Shown here: positions 55,597 to 55,765 of the stretch, in pieces | Position numbering within the stretch: position 1 is the first letter of the stretch | Layout of the letters: the number at the start of each line of letters is the position of its first letter | IMG/VR virus record: IMGVR_UViG_3300008110_005672 | Location: 1-55,765 of that record | Reading direction: 5' to 3' (one strand) | Length of the DNA stretch: 55,765 nt | Source: a virus | Lineage: Duplodnaviria; Caudoviricetes | The notes under the pieces: model-generated | Told to the model about the DNA's origin: nothing | Databases searched by the model: none | What the model saw: only the letters and a program-made list of their open reading frames with translations | Made by a program: the position numbers and the translations under genes

Positions 55597-55765
55597 TTAG
55601 AATCCGTTAGTGGCTGAGTTATGGAATATTCTACCCGTCCATGTGGATGTTTTGGTAATAGTAGGTGTAGAGTAACTCACAACCATTGTGCCAGGTCCAG
55701 TGTTATTACCGAACATGATCCTAATTGGATAATAGATATTTTGTGTTAGGCTGATAGTGCCACTT
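55597..55765 (-). CDS. C-terminal fragment of a gene running off the window (PA14-like YYPIRI motif)
   Basis: Open frame to the window edge. Confidence 0.5.
   Translation of the reverse strand, partial: SGTISLTQNIYYPIRIMFGNNTGPGTMVVSYSTPTITKTSTWTGRIFHNSATNGF

Noticed and set aside
1-55765. Bacterial chromosome or prophage origin
   Set aside because: Housekeeping-like genes lack their normal operon partners (no grpE/dnaJ, clpA/X, dnaG) and are mixed with phage hypotheticals and virion genes; no integrase or att site seen

Overview
This 55.8 kb window looks like part of a large lytic dsDNA (jumbo/huge) phage genome, probably freshwater and infecting a proteobacterium. It is gene-dense, mostly minus-strand, uses the standard code, and has consensus sigma70 promoters plus a recurrent TAAATA late-type motif. 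It contains the start of a tRNA array (Tyr, Asp, Asn, Trp, Glu), a circularly permuted two-piece tmRNA, and proteostasis/translation genes (clpP, clpS, Hsp20, dnaK, rpsU, cold-shock protein). Also present are a heme oxygenase plus PcyX-like bilin reductase pair, a curli-like locus (CsgF, CsgG, curlin repeats, FecR, CHASE2 cyclase), ahpC/ahpD, nrdA/nrdB/glutaredoxin, a PAAR-CHAP fusion, a fatty-acid desaturase and several probable virion proteins. The most striking unannotated element is at 1116-1485 (minus strand). Tandem sigma70 promoters drive a 47-codon leader ORF that uses all 20 amino acids within its first 37 codons. Its 3' end forms a long antiterminator that is mutually exclusive with an intrinsic terminator in front of the tRNA region. 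This is a candidate pan-amino-acid, translation-sensing attenuator for phage tRNA expression. At least six genes carry abrupt internal deletions or frameshifts and there is one 46-nt duplication; these are probably local assembly errors. All protein calls come from motif recognition by eye, not database searches.
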